Assembly (NCBI RefSeq): GCF_018350175.1
Contig: NC_058368.1
Coordinates: 117,926,001-117,990,000, forward strand
DNA from: Felis catus
Taxonomy: Eukaryota
Direction: 5' to 3'
DNA: 64,000 bases
Shown here: piece after piece, positions 39,875 through 52,000 of the stretch
Layout of the letters: each line of letters begins with the position of its first letter
Position numbering within the stretch: the stretch's first letter is position 1
The notes under the pieces: model-generated
What the model saw: only the letters and a program-made list of their open reading frames with translations
The model's database searches: none
Told to the model about the DNA's origin: nothing
Position numbers and translations under genes: made by a program

Positions 39875-41315
39875 GTGTATATTTAACAATATATATTTAT
39901 ATATATTTTCTAGATCAGTACATTCAGTTTTTAACTTGTTTTTTTTCTTCACAAACAGAAGAACTCTTACAATAGTAGACTTTCTAAAATAAATACTATT
40001 AAAATAGAGCTTCAAAATAAATATTCTATACAAAGGAAACCTTCTTGGTAACTTTTGTTGTGGGGTGAGAAGGGGCTACAGTGAAGAGGGAAAATGAAGT
40101 AAGAATGTGGTGGGGTGGGAACCTTGAACAGCTTTTGTTTGTAACACGAAACCAAACTGTGGGGCAGAGAAGAGAAAGCAAGGTAGACACCACACGGGAG
40201 TTACCCACAGCAAAAAATGGCAGCGCAAGATTTGTCATCAACTGTCACAGTAAGCGGAGGGCAGGAGAATGCTCACCGAAGGTATGAGCCAAAAGGCCGG
40301 TCAAGCTTGTGAGATGCCCTAGTGAATTGTATACAGTGCAAAGTTGTGCGGCCCACACTATCAGACATCTCCTGGGGCAACGGGTGGAGAATATGGAGCT
40401 TCGAGGCGATGGGATCCGGGTGTTTGGTTCCAACCAATACTTTCCATGTCGTGCAACCTTGGGCAAGTCATTATCTAACTGGGTCACACTCAATGTACGT
40501 TGGGGACCCATGCAGACTCCACAGCACTGAAAGGACTAGTTGACATGTCACATGAAGGTCTTCTCTTTCTGTTGTTGAAGGGGCCCGTGCCAACAGCAGG
40601 GATTGGTCTTTACCTCCTTCCAGCCAAGAACTGAGAAGCCTTGGTTGCACCCTGCCATCCATCTGGAAGGGTTTTGCTATTGCAGAGCCAGTTCCCCAGG
40701 GTTTCTTGGAGTGTTGGGACCTTCACAAACCCACCCTCAGGGCAGGAGCAGCCAAGGTCCACTAGGACACGTCTTAGACCCACGCTTGTGGACCCTACCC
40801 CCAGTCGGAGGCAGAACTACCACCCACCCAGGCTGAACAGAAGAGGGAACCAACTGGCTCTTTTCTAAAAAGGTCAAGACGAGGCACAATCCAGCCAAGC
40901 CAGCCGTTGGTGACAGAAATAATCAGCCGGAAGCAGCACCCACCAAAATGTGTTCCTCAGTGGACCTCGACTGGCCCCCGGGAAAGCCAGTTTCATTTTC
41001 TTTTGCCAAGAAGCTGAGAAAAACATGCCAAAGACTTGCCCTGCAACAGAGCTGGGAGAACCAAAGTCGCTACATGGCTTCCCTTTACCATGGAGCACAG
41101 GGGACCCCGGGAGCTTGGCACACATCCATCTAGCAGGTGAAATGCAAACCAAAAGAACAAGCCAAAATGGGGAAGCAAAAAAGTAAAAAGAAACCCAAAC
41201 CCAGAAAAATCCGTGTTTATAACTATGTACACAAAAAGTCAGGGTTCATCAGGGGTCAGGAGGCTGTTTGCCAGGAAACAGGGTCTGTGTAGATAGAGGG
41301 TCGTGGGGTAGGTGT

Positions 41316-41357
<42 letters not shown>

Positions 41358-43568
41358 CACAGCTTATGTAAATTCTCCACAGAATGGGTGTGTAGAACAC
41401 CAAGATCACCAAAGTGCAACTTGCCATTGGGTCAAGTTCCCCATGGAGACATTTTGAGAGAGGGACCCTGGGAAAGGTTCTGAGGCCTCGCCAACAGGAG
41501 TGGACACGTGCCCTTCCATTGTGGGGGTAACCTCTGCACACCTATTCTGAGGAAAACATCTCCAGTCCCTTCGGTACACATCTGATACATTCAATTAGTA
41601 GAAGTGGTTGGTTGAATGTGTTTTTCCTACCATTCCCTCCTATTTGTGCAAGAACATCCATACATCCATCACGACTGTGGCAAGGGTAGCTACACGAATC
41701 AGCCTTAGAAAACGCAGATGCGATATTTCCTATTTTACAAGCTAGCAAACGTTATATAAATAAAGCCTAAAATGATAAGACCCTCCCCTCCTTTCCTCCA
41801 ATCAATAAATACCTACAGTTACGATGAACTTATTCTAAATCATAAGATGTTACTACTAGTCTTCAAGGGAAACAAAAAAAGTCCTAGAGAAGCAGTGGGT
41901 GCATGCCAATCACAGCTACCTGCCTCCTTGCCTCCGTCCTGGAGGTGGTTCTGTTCCTACAGAACAAACTGGAAACGCTGTGCACGCTCTGCCTAACACA
42001 CTTCCAGTTTCACCTGGGGTAGCTTTTCCCACCCAGGCCACTTCCTCTCATGGGGGTGGGAGGACACACAAAATACCACACGAAGCAAAGACCCCCCACA
42101 CAACAACTGGGGAGGAAGGACCAGACACAATATAGCTTTTGCATGCAACAAGTACCTACCCACTGGACGTGCTGCGCTGAGTCCTTTAGCACCTTGAGAG
42201 AGAGAGAGAGAGTTGCTACGTCTTTGGGGGCTGTTGGGAGGGGGTGTTGTGGCCATGCACAGAAGCAGGGCTCAATCCCCCAAGAAGCCCCTGGAGAATC
42301 CCCACCCCCCCCTTGCTTTCTTATTCCCCCGCCAGGGCTTCCTAGCACTAAAATAGACTCTTTTTTTTGTCATCTGTCTATTTACATTAAAGATACAGAC
42401 ACATCACTGTACACAAAAGGCTATGACAGCAAGCAGCAGAATCAGAAGAGAAGGAACCCACACCCAGCTCGGCCCTACTGTTGCTCTGCCAACGGGAGGT
42501 GCTGTCTCTCTTCTTTGCTGTGAAAATCCTCTTCTTGGTGGGAAGGGGGATTGTGTTCCTTGAGGTTGCTCGCCCCCCAGATTTTGAAATCAGCCCTTCC
42601 TGGGGGTGGCCCAAAAGGAAGCAAAGTGTTTTATTATTATTTCTCTTTAAAACACCGTTATAGCATCTGGTTTAATTGTTCTATAAAAACATAACGACTG
42701 GATCCAGAGACCACAGTCTCAGACTCATTGGCAAAATGATATTTGGTCTCGCATGTGCCGCCCCGGCCTTCTCTACCCGTGAAATTTCTGGAAAGGATCT
42801 AGGTAGAGAGAACACGGGACGCATAGTGGCAGGTGAGTCTGTGACTCGGTAAGAACCGAAGGACGGTGTTACGAGCTGAACACCCCCAAGAGTTAGTGAT
42901 GAAGCTGGAGGGGAGGAATGCACTGTGCAGTGGCTCCTAAGTCCATCTGTGGCTCCAGGGAGGCAGAGCGAGGAACGAGGCCTGGACTCCCTGGCTCTCA
43001 GGGGCTCCCAAGTATATACAACAGGGATCACCAGGGTCTTCTCCGCCTTCCCCAAGGCGTTGGGGCAAACTGGGGTGGAGGGTGGGGGAGGAGAAGTATG
43101 AAAGTCAGGGCTCCAGGGGTCTTCTTCAAAGGTCCCCTGGTCACTCAGTAAATGATTCCTCCCAGGCAGCCAAAGAGAATGGAAGAGTAGGGGGAGAGGG
43201 GGAGGGAGGAGGAACTGGGAAGGCATTCAAGCAGCCGCAACTTCCGGATGTGTCCACATCTGTGTTCCGTCTTCTGAAAAAGAACAGCCCACCCACCCCC
43301 CGCCCCGCAGCCACACCACGCCCCTGCCACTGTCTGACACAAAGTTCCGGGACCCTGAAAAAAACCCAAAGTGCTTCTTCATCCTTTTGGGGAAGAGAGG
43401 GCGGGCGGTGGTGGTCTTCATTTCTTCAGAAGCTGAGGATGGGGAGTGGGGCAGACCAGCAAGGTCAGCTTCAGGACACTAAAACCTCTGGCCTCGCTGT
43501 GGTCTTCTCAGGTGTCAGAAGGGAACCGAGTTCCAGGGGTAGCAGCACGGGGGCTTTGACCCAAAGTG
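39875..43568 (-). other. SPRY4: SPRY4 3'UTR (~3.7 kb) with probable variant poly(A) signal TATAAA (39901-39896)
   Basis: No recognisable transposon follows the stop codon. The AU-rich terminal block has TATAAA ~20 nt before a CA, followed by a GU-rich element (tgtgtttgtgtgttc). Confidence 0.7.
41323..41354. repeat. (TG)n microsatellite within SPRY4 3'UTR
   Basis: Direct observation. Confidence 0.95.
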
Positions 43569-44468
43569 TCAGAAAGACTTGTCCGGTCTGCTGGCCTTGG
43601 CGTCGCCGGCGGCTGCCTTGCAGATGACGCTGTTCGTGTGCTTGCAGCGACAACCAGGGCGGCGCAGGCGGTCGTAGCCGCGCTGGGCCAGCTTCACGCA
43701 GCCGGTGGCGGGCAGGTAGCAGAGTAGGCACGGCAGCACCAGGGAGAGGGCGCCCATGAAGGACCAGCGGGCGCAGCAGTTTGAGCGGGAGCAGGAGCAG
43801 GGGTGGTCAGCGCAGGAGCCCTCGTCGTCCTCGTTGGTACAGTGGTAGAAGATGCCTTGCACCAGGCACATGCAGGTGCCGTAGTTGACCAGGTTCTGGG
43901 CTGAGCACAGGCATTCCTGGTTGCAGACCCAGCAGGAGGGCAGTGTCCGGGGTGATGCACACTCCTTGCACTTACACTTCCCACAGGCCTCGCACAGCAA
44001 GAAGTGCTTGTCCAGCTCCGGTGGGACTGCTGGGCCCTTGAGGTCCAGTGGCTTGCAGTGGATGGCCTTGGGCTGGATGCGCACAGCCCTGGGGGAGGCC
44101 TGGTCGGCCACGGGCGGTGGTGCCATGTGGTCTAAGAGACGCTGGTCAGAGGACGTGCTGCTGCTGCTGCTCACAGAGCTGGGGCGCCCGCTGAAGGAGA
44201 TCCAGTGGTGGGTGACGTCCTGGTCACAGCGGGCCGGCGTCGGGGCCAGCTCTGGGGCCCCACCCCGGGTCCGCTTCGGGCCAATGGGGGGCACCAGGCC
44301 GGGGTTGTCTATGTAGTCATTCTCCACGTGGCTGGTCTTCATCTGGTCGATGGGGAGGATGGTGAGTGGGTGTTGGAGGCGGCCGTGGGGCATGCGGCTG
44401 TCAAGTAGGGGCTGGACCATGACTGAGCTGGGAGTCAAGGGGACGCTCTGTGGGATTGGGGGCTCCAT
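43569..44468 (-). CDS. SPRY4: Protein sprouty homolog 4 (299 aa, single coding exon)
   Basis: ATG at 44468 to TGA at 43569 is 900 nt. The translation MEPPIPQS...VENDYIDNP (conserved NxYxxxP tyrosine motif), the Ser-rich SSVSSSSSTSS and the Cys-rich Sprouty domain (CEACGKCKCKEC...CLCSAQ..VNYGTCMCLVQGIFYHC...HPCSC...CCARW...LPCLLCYLP...GCRCK) are recognisable as SPRY4. Confidence 0.98.
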   Translation of the reverse strand: MEPPIPQSVPLTPSSVMVQPLLDSRMPHGRLQHPLTILPIDQMKTSHVENDYIDNPGLVPPIGPKRTRGGAPELAPTPARCDQDVTHHWISFSGRPSSVSSSSSTSSDQRLLDHMAPPPVADQASPRAVRIQPKAIHCKPLDLKGPAVPPELDKHFLLCEACGKCKCKECASPRTLPSCWVCNQECLCSAQNLVNYGTCMCLVQGIFYHCTNEDDEGSCADHPCSCSRSNCCARWSFMGALSLVLPCLLCYLPATGCVKLAQRGYDRLRRPGCRCKHTNSVICKAAAGDAKASRPDKSF

Positions 44469-44545
44469 GGGGCTGGAGAGGTCCTGGACTGTGCTGAGGA
44501 ACAGGCTTCTAGGGGCCCTAGGTGGGAGGTGGGGAAAAGGAAGAG
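44469..44545 (-). other. SPRY4: Splice acceptor and 49-nt leader of SPRY4 terminal exon (exon starts 44517)
   Basis: Minus strand reads ctctctcttccttttccccacctcccacctag|GGCCCCTAGAAGCC...CCAGCCCC ATG, a long polypyrimidine tract followed by AG. Confidence 0.9.
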
Positions 44546-44689
44546 AGAGCGGATTCCAGGCATCAGTACTTGGCCTGTTAACACCCCCACCCCCCATCAG
44601 GTCCTTGGGAGTCCAAATGAAATGGGAACCCGATTCCCTCAGGACTCTCCAGCATCCAGGCTTAGATGATTAATAATAACAATTAATAG

Positions 44690-45150
44690 TAAGTGGTAAA
44701 AATAACACTTATTCAGCACTTAATGTGAGCCAGGCAGTCTCCTAAGCACCATATATATTATGTCATTGACTCTTCACAGTCCTGGACTCTTCACCCTAAA
44801 ATGTGACTACTATTATTATGCCTTTTCTAGTTACAGAAAACTAACGTTCAAAGTAACTTGTCCAAAGGCACACAAAACTATGAACAGAACTCGGCAGGAG
44901 TTCAAACCTAGCCCATCCGATCTCATTCTTGGAACTGTGAAATATGCTCCATTTTTTAGCGAGTTCAGCGGTTATACACACAGGCTCTGGAATCAGATTC
45001 AAGTTTGAATTCTCACCCCTGCCTAGCAGCGATGCTAGAAATAAGGTTCTGTAACCTCTGTATCTTTAGTTTTGTCATCTGTGAAATGGGTTCCTGTGAG
45101 AAGTAAATGAGAAAATGCATATCCAGTGCCTAGCATCTTGCCTGGCAGTA
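44690..45150. mobile_element. MIR fragments (both orientations)
   Basis: cacttattcagcactt..gccaggca..aagtaacttgtccaaagg and gttttgtcatctgtgaaatggg cores. Confidence 0.6.
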
Positions 45151-47239
45151 ATCTGTCACTACCCCAGAGAGCAACAGTGTAGATTTCCTGAACACCAAAA
45201 GGACTTTGTGCCAAGCATCGTGCTGAGGATGTAATGACCAAGACAGATAGCCCCTGTGTGCTCCCATCGTGTATCAGCTGGGTAAACAAAACCCTTTATT
45301 CCAGTTAGTCACAGAAGGAAGGGCTGCATGTGATGCCTACACATCCAAGATATTAACTTATTACCAGCACTTCGAAGAGCAGCAACCTCCAGTGGCTAAT
45401 AACCCCCGGCTAGGTGCACTTCTGACAACTTGGATGGGAAATCCTCTCGAGGGGCACTCACATCACCCATTTCCAAGTGCTGAGCCGAACATTCAGCCTA
45501 AATGCTATTTACTAGAATAGCTAAGCCAACTCTGGATCAGTTTCTAATTTCACCGAGAGAGTGCAATTTTAAGTTGGAATCTGGCCAGAGATTCAACTGC
45601 AGTGCCTGACACGGAACCCCAGGAAGTCACTTAAATCAAAGAGCGGAAACGGCTTGGTTCAAATTTAGAAAGTGCACATTGTTTTCTATTAGAAGTGCCA
45701 TTTCCTCGCCTGCTGACCTTTACATTCGGAATTCGGCTGGAGATCAATTTAAAGAAATAGCAGCAGAAGGCCAAGACCTCTGCCCAAGGGGACCCGGTTT
45801 GGAATCCAAGAGAATTAGACTCTGGGAAGAGTCCACCAGGGTGTGGGGGTGTGAGACAGGACACGGTGTTGGGTAGAAGGGAAAGATAATGGTCTTTAAA
45901 AAAGGAACAGACCTTTGGATTAACGTGTTACAGGGTATGGTTTAGTAAATGCTTGTTCGCGATGCTAATAATGTTTAGGAGAGCCGACCCTGCACTTCTG
46001 CTGTGAAGTTCATCTGGCCTCAAAGGGGATGCCTGAGAAGGTAGATGGTGGATAGGTTTCCACTGCCACTTACCCCCCACCCCCGCCCCCCCCTTCCAAA
46101 CTGGGTACACGGTAGGCCCATCCCAATAGTCCAGTCACACCTTGCCTCAGGTGACTCATCCACATTTATCCATGTCTACAGTGAAGGGGAAAAGGCATTC
46201 AGGGCAACTCAATATTATGGTTCCCTCCTTGGAAACAGTTCAGACAGCATCAGAAATGGTTAAATTGTTGGCAGAGGGCTTTCATAGATGCTTTCTAACC
46301 TGTCTAAAAGAAAGAGCTAGCTCTAGATGCAAAGTTCACCAAGTAGATAAAAGGGAACTTATCCACAGGGTTCTCATCTGTATATCCTCTACACTGCAAA
46401 TGCAGAAAAGCATGAAGTCTTTCCTATAAGGTTCAGTGTTCAGTCGATGGATATTTCCCATTTGCACAGGGCCATGTACTTTGCACGGCTTTGCTCCCGT
46501 GGCCCTACCTACTTAAAAGATGCTGGGATTTCTGTGCAGTTTTTCTCATGTTGGAGAAAGTCTGCCTAATGGCAACACCTGCCTCCTATCTCCACATTCC
46601 CTTCAGATGTAGAGGGAGTGAGCATCTTCTTCAAATGGGAGACTTTCCTGTGGCAGAGTTAGCCTTAAGTGTCTGGCGGGTCTGCCACCAAGAATGGTCA
46701 TTTCCCAAGGCAGCCTCCTGTGGGGAGCCCTATGGTCAAGGCTGGATCGGGGGTGGGGGTGTCAAATAAGCATCTCTGGCACAGTTTTTCCAAGGATCAG
46801 GCCAACCACCCAGCAGAGTCCACTTATTCTTTGCAGGGGTTCCATAGCCTTGCTTCTAGAAATGGGTTTGGGGTTGACAGAAGAGGGTTAGGAGACCCTG
46901 GGTCCACACCATAGGGACTTTGCCTGGAGGAAAAGGTGTGACTGAGCATTAAGAATGGAAAATGTTGACAGAGGCACAGGAGAAGGATCTCTGGTGCCAG
47001 CCAAGAGGTGCTGCAGCCAGAACCCCCTAAGACAAAGCACAATTTCCCTTATTCCAGAAGCTCAGGTCATGAATACGGTCCTGCCAACAAAACTGTCAGT
47101 GGCAGTTTGAAGGCTTTGTTGTCCCATGTAGTTGGGCTTTTTGTCTCTTAGGACTGGGGGCTGGGACTTGCCATGCTGTTGGAAAAAGTAAGGGAAAAGA
47201 AGATTATCCACTCCTCTTTCCCCAGTTCTATTCCTGGGG

Positions 47240-47830
47240 CTCTTAAAAACAGACACATTTTTCTGTGGATAAAGCAAAAGGCATGGGCAATGCTCAGGGA
47301 TTTTGATAGGCCCTGGAATCAGAAGGCAGATTAATGGAAAAGTCCCACCAGGATGCCAGGGTGGGCGCAGCGCCTGCAGGCAATGGGGATATTGGCATTT
47401 GTGGGCTCCCATCACCCTCCAGAGGTAGCTGTCAACATCTGGGCCTGTAGTTGGGGCCAGACATGGGGTTGGGAGCTCAGTCCACGATGACTCAGCTCTC
47501 TTGGGACATGCTGCATCCAAGATGGCTCCAGCAGGCATACTCCAAAATGCATCTTCCCTATCACAACTCTGATGTCGGATTCCTTCCGGCCACCAGCTCA
47601 GCAAAAAAAACAGTGGCTGGCTCAGAGTTGTACTGCTCAAAAACCTCCTCAGGCCTCACTGCCTCCTCACCTCCCCATTAGCAGGGACTTCCACAGGAGG
47701 GTTGAATTCATTTGGCTGACAAAGAAAAACTACTTCCCGGGCAGCCTGTTTGATAACCCCTCAGCATAGCTAAATGAAGTCTCAAAAAAAAAAAAACAAA
47801 CAAAAACAAAAACAAAAAAAAAACAACCAA
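47240..47830 (-). ncRNA. Region orthologous to human intronic lncRNA SPRY4-IT1 (transcription here unknown)
   Basis: Minus-strand blocks such as TTTGAGACTTCATTTAGCTATGCTGAGGGGTT, TTTTGCTGAGCTGGTGG..AAGGAATCC and TGAGCATTGCCCAT..CTTTTGCTTTATC match my recollection of SPRY4-IT1, and the position in the last intron fits. Confidence 0.55.
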
Positions 47831-49030
47831 AAAACCCAACCCTCAGTTGGTTTAGAAGATCAAGCTCTACTCACTGGGACACACCCATCCTCCAGTCTAA
47901 GCAATGCTGACGGAACTTAAGTGCAGTTTAATATGTACTCTCTGCTTCCCCTGCAAGGAAGGAAGAGATTTATAATATAAATAGGAGAGAGGAGGCTTTG
48001 CCTCATTTAGGCTCTTTGGAAGACTGATGGCCAATTTGGAAGACTGTGGACAGAGAAACAAAGCCAGCACTCCACTTAGGCAGAGAAGCACCTCTATCAA
48101 GTTTTAGGTGGCATTATTATGGATTAGCATGAGGAAACTTTTACCTCCACTCACAACTTCTCATAATAAATAATAATAATTGTGGAAAGAGCGGATATTT
48201 ATGAACATACCTTCATGTCAGGCTCTCTGTGCTAAGCCCTCAGTGATTGTCTCATTTAATCCTCACACCATCACCTTGGAGGATAACACCCATTTCGCAA
48301 GGAAGAAATGAAGAATAATGCTGGTAGGTGATGAGGGCAAGATTCGAACCCACACAGGGAGAGGCTCCAGAGCCTGCAACGTCAGCCCCACAGCCCTGAC
48401 CAACAGTCAGGGCTAGGTATTCATGTGAAGACAGGAAAGCACCAGTCACTTTCACAGCTGTGAATTCTACTAGTCCGTCTCCCCCTTCCCCCTGCCCAGT
48501 CTGGCCACTAGCCCTTCAGGAGCCTCATCAGGCCATCCGCGGGCTCTTAACCAAACCAGCAGGGAAATGAAGCCAGACAGAGGTTACATCAGATGGGCCC
48601 CTAGTTCAGGGAATTGTCACTGTTCAGAGTGGAGGCTGGGGGTTTGAAATCTGTCATTACAGGAAGGCTCAGGGCTCAAGTTACCTTCGTTTCCACTTCA
48701 GTTTTCTTTGCCGTCTCATACACCGCTACTTTACTAAGTGTGTTCATTTTTATTTTTCGGAGAGTCAGATGGGTCTCACCACAAAAGTCCCTAAAAGGAA
48801 GCCCTGGAATGGGAGGGAATCCCCTCTCCTTCCTCGTACACAGCTGAACTTGAATTAAGGGTCTCTCCAGGGCACTTTCTCGGATGGGGCTTATTGGTCC
48901 AGGTCTGTGCGGAAGGGAAGAAATAAGAGGAAGCCCGAAGAGAGTCCTAGAATACTGAATCAGCAGGATATGGAAAAGCCCAGAGCACAAGGTCCTGTCT
49001 TTGCCACTTGGTGGTCTGTGGCGTTTGTAC

Positions 49031-49079
49031 CTGTGGGAGGGGCTGAGCATCAGGATGCAGACCTTGCAAAGCGGGCTGG
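49031..49079 (-). other. SPRY4: Putative alternative SPRY4 exon supplying an upstream ATG (49050) for a 322-aa long isoform
   Basis: Minus strand reads attcttttcag|CCAGCCCGC...CCTG ATGCTCAGCCCCTCCCACAG|gtacaa. 20 nt + 49 nt = 69 nt, in frame with the main ATG and without stops. It begins MLSP like the human long isoform (recalled). Confidence 0.7.
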
Positions 49080-52000
49080 CTGAAAAGAATTAAGTGGCGT
49101 TTTAAATGCCCACGCCACCCATCCACCCTTCCCCTTGACCTACCCTGGGAAGAGGAGTTGGGAAATACTTGGAAAACCTGACAGTTGTGCTTTGAAAACT
49201 ATAGGTCAGCAAATGACAGACTGGCAAGAGGCTCTGAATGAATGGGCAATTTCTGCACCATTCAGTCTCGGTAGGTTCTCCCAGCGAAGGCTATTTAACC
49301 CTTTATCAGTTCAGAAGAAAAGGTCTCTAGGCTGCAGGGAGCCCGCCCACCACTACCACTTGGTTCTTTATGACAACATCCCAGTTTAGTTAATTAAACT
49401 CCAACCAAATAATGACTTACTGCTTCAAAAAGACTTTAAAAGGTGTTTTGGGGGGGGTGGTGGTGGTGGTGTGTGTGGTATAAGGAAAGCCAGGGACCTG
49501 CCTTCCCTGTACCCCACTGAGGAAGACAGTCTCTGCATCCCTGCTGAGAACTGCCCCTGTGGGAAAACAAAGCACTTCCGCAGTTGGATTTGTCCGAGAA
49601 CCTCGCTGCTCTCCCATCCCTCTCGGGCACAGGGCACCAGCACTAAGGAGCTCACCTCTAGCCATAAACCGTTAGAGATCACAAAAGAAAACAGCTGCTT
49701 TTCATCCCTTTGTCTCAGCACCAGCTAGTAGTTCCCAACCCTCTTCTCTTTCTCGTCCACAACGAGTCAGCTAGCACCAAAGGCCAGCACAGGGATGAGC
49801 TGGAAAGAGTCCTGCTATACTAGGCTCTGGGCTGTCCTAGGTGGCTTCAAATGTTGGTTTCACTGTATTATTAACCCCATAATCCTTGTCTGCTCAAATT
49901 CCTTTAAAGAGGTAATAGAAGGCAAGAGTGAGGAAAGAATGGGACTAGAAGCAGCCTGTTAGCTATCGGCACAGTTTGGGAACTCCTGGCCCACGTCGAA
50001 GCTTGGAGGGGACCAGAAACCTAGACCCCAAGGGAAGGCCCCCCTCTCACGGGCACCAAGATCATTTATCTCGCCATCCTCCACCATTGATTTCTAATAA
50101 TAGAGTCTAAAAATAGGCTTTAGCTTACTCCTGGGATGGGGCAGGAGATGACTATACCCTTCTCCCATCCAGAAAAAGAAAGACTACCGGACAAGGGAAA
50201 CCACTCTTCTGCAAATGGCCACCTGCCCCAGAAGGGCCCCTTCCCTCCTCCACTAGATCCAGCACATCTGTGCTCCTCCCCCAGTGCCCTTGCTTCCTCC
50301 ACGGACTGTCCTTGGAAAGAACAATCATGATCACAGCTGAATGGTGGAGCCTCTTAAACACAGCCACATGTCCCGGATACATCCCCAGCCTTGTCAGCTG
50401 TCCGGATCTACAGGGTGGCCCCAGACCCTTGAGAGCCAAGAATACCCCACCTCTTACATCATGCAACACCCCACACCTCCTGTGTAGGATGTGGCTCACT
50501 TACAACCAGCTCTTCATCCTAGGTGCCCAGTAGTGATAAGCAGCCCAGCCCAGCCCCCTGTGGAAGTTTCTTCTCCCCCCACTCTGCAGATGGAGAGACC
50601 AAGGCCCAAGATAGGTTTTCTAGCCAGTCATCTGCTCCCACCTGGCTGCTAACTTAGTCTGGAAGGACTAATACACTTCTGTATGTTGCTCTTCATCACC
50701 TCTTCCTCTGGCTTTTTTGAAAGAGCAAAATTGCCCAGTAGGGCACTGCTTTCCCTTCTATCAGGGAGATCCAGGTTGGCCAGGAGATGGAAGCTTTTCA
50801 CTCTTGCCCCCCCCCCCCCCACTTAAGAACGCTTTGTCTACATCCCAACTCCAACATTTTCAACTATATCCCTAAATTCAGAGGTTTGTGCAAGAATCCT
50901 CTCAGTGTTCCTCACCAAGGAACTTCCAAATCGTTAGCGGTGAGATGACAGGCACCCAGGATTCAGAACTACCTTAAATGCCTTAACTCTCTAAGAGCAC
51001 AACTTCTCTAATGAAAGAAAGGGGGCTCCTTCCCAAGTTTCCTTGTTTCAAATAAGGAGTCCTACCCAAAAGGATGTCCTGAGGAAAGAAAAATGCCTCA
51101 GGGGGCCCTACACTGGGGAGTAGAGGTCGCACCATGGGACTTAGCATCAGAATTGGAAGAAAGTCCCTATGTGTTCTCCCAAAGTATTAAGCAGAGTAAA
51201 ACACCTCAGGGGCCACTTCTTGAGGCGTTAATGGATGTCTTTTCCTCCCTTTATTTTTAAATCGCTCACTTTTAAATTTTGCTTTGAATGCCTGCCTTCA
51301 TTTGTTATTCAAGTCAGCCAAACCTCTGGGCAGAGGCTACGTCAGGTTTACCCGAGTGGGGGATGGGGATGGGTAGGTAAAGAATATGAACTGGACAGAG
51401 GGTGAAATTCCAAAGAGCCCCATCTCGCCATCTATTCTGGAAGGATTAAAACAAAAAGGACATCTGTGAGCTCCAAATGATCTCCATCCCCCAGTTTCTG
51501 TCCTGCTTTAGCTAGGAATCGTTCTTGTCTATGTTCTGTCTCCTCCCACCAAGCCCAACCAAAACTTTAGGAAGTGTTGCCATTTCAAAATGATGGTAAT
51601 CTGGAAAAGGTCAGGGGAACGAGGAGGATTTCCACTTTACAAAAAGGGGAAGGACTCCTGCGTTCAGAATCTACAAAAGGAAAATAAGAGATGTCTATGA
51701 AAAGTCTTCCTCACTTTAACTGACAAACATTTGTCCATCGAGGAGATTTCAGAAATCTGCCATCAAAATGCCCCCTACCAGGTACTGGGCAAATGCATCT
51801 CAGTTGGTCAGTGTGTGCACTGCTCGCATTAATGGATTTGCCTGAAGCCTGCTGGCAAGGGAGGTTGCTCCCAAGGGCTGGCAAAGGGAGGAAACTCCAT
51901 TTCACACTGGACAGGTCTACATCTTTCCCACCCTTCTGCTGAGACTGAGAGCTAAAGGGGTCAACTGCAGCCCTCCCTTTCCTAGTCCACCCCACACCCA

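Noticed and set aside
44518..44597. N-terminal MGGGGVNRPS... of the 342-aa ORF call
   Set aside because: Runs through the polypyrimidine tract and acceptor, so it is intronic read-through of the ORF finder.
43885..44673. Plus-strand ORFs antisense to SPRY4 CDS
   Set aside because: Expected shadow ORFs of a GC-rich coding exon.
47062..47640. 192-aa ORF over the IT1-like region as a micropeptide gene
   Set aside because: Starts at TTG, has no recognisable homology and nothing supports coding.
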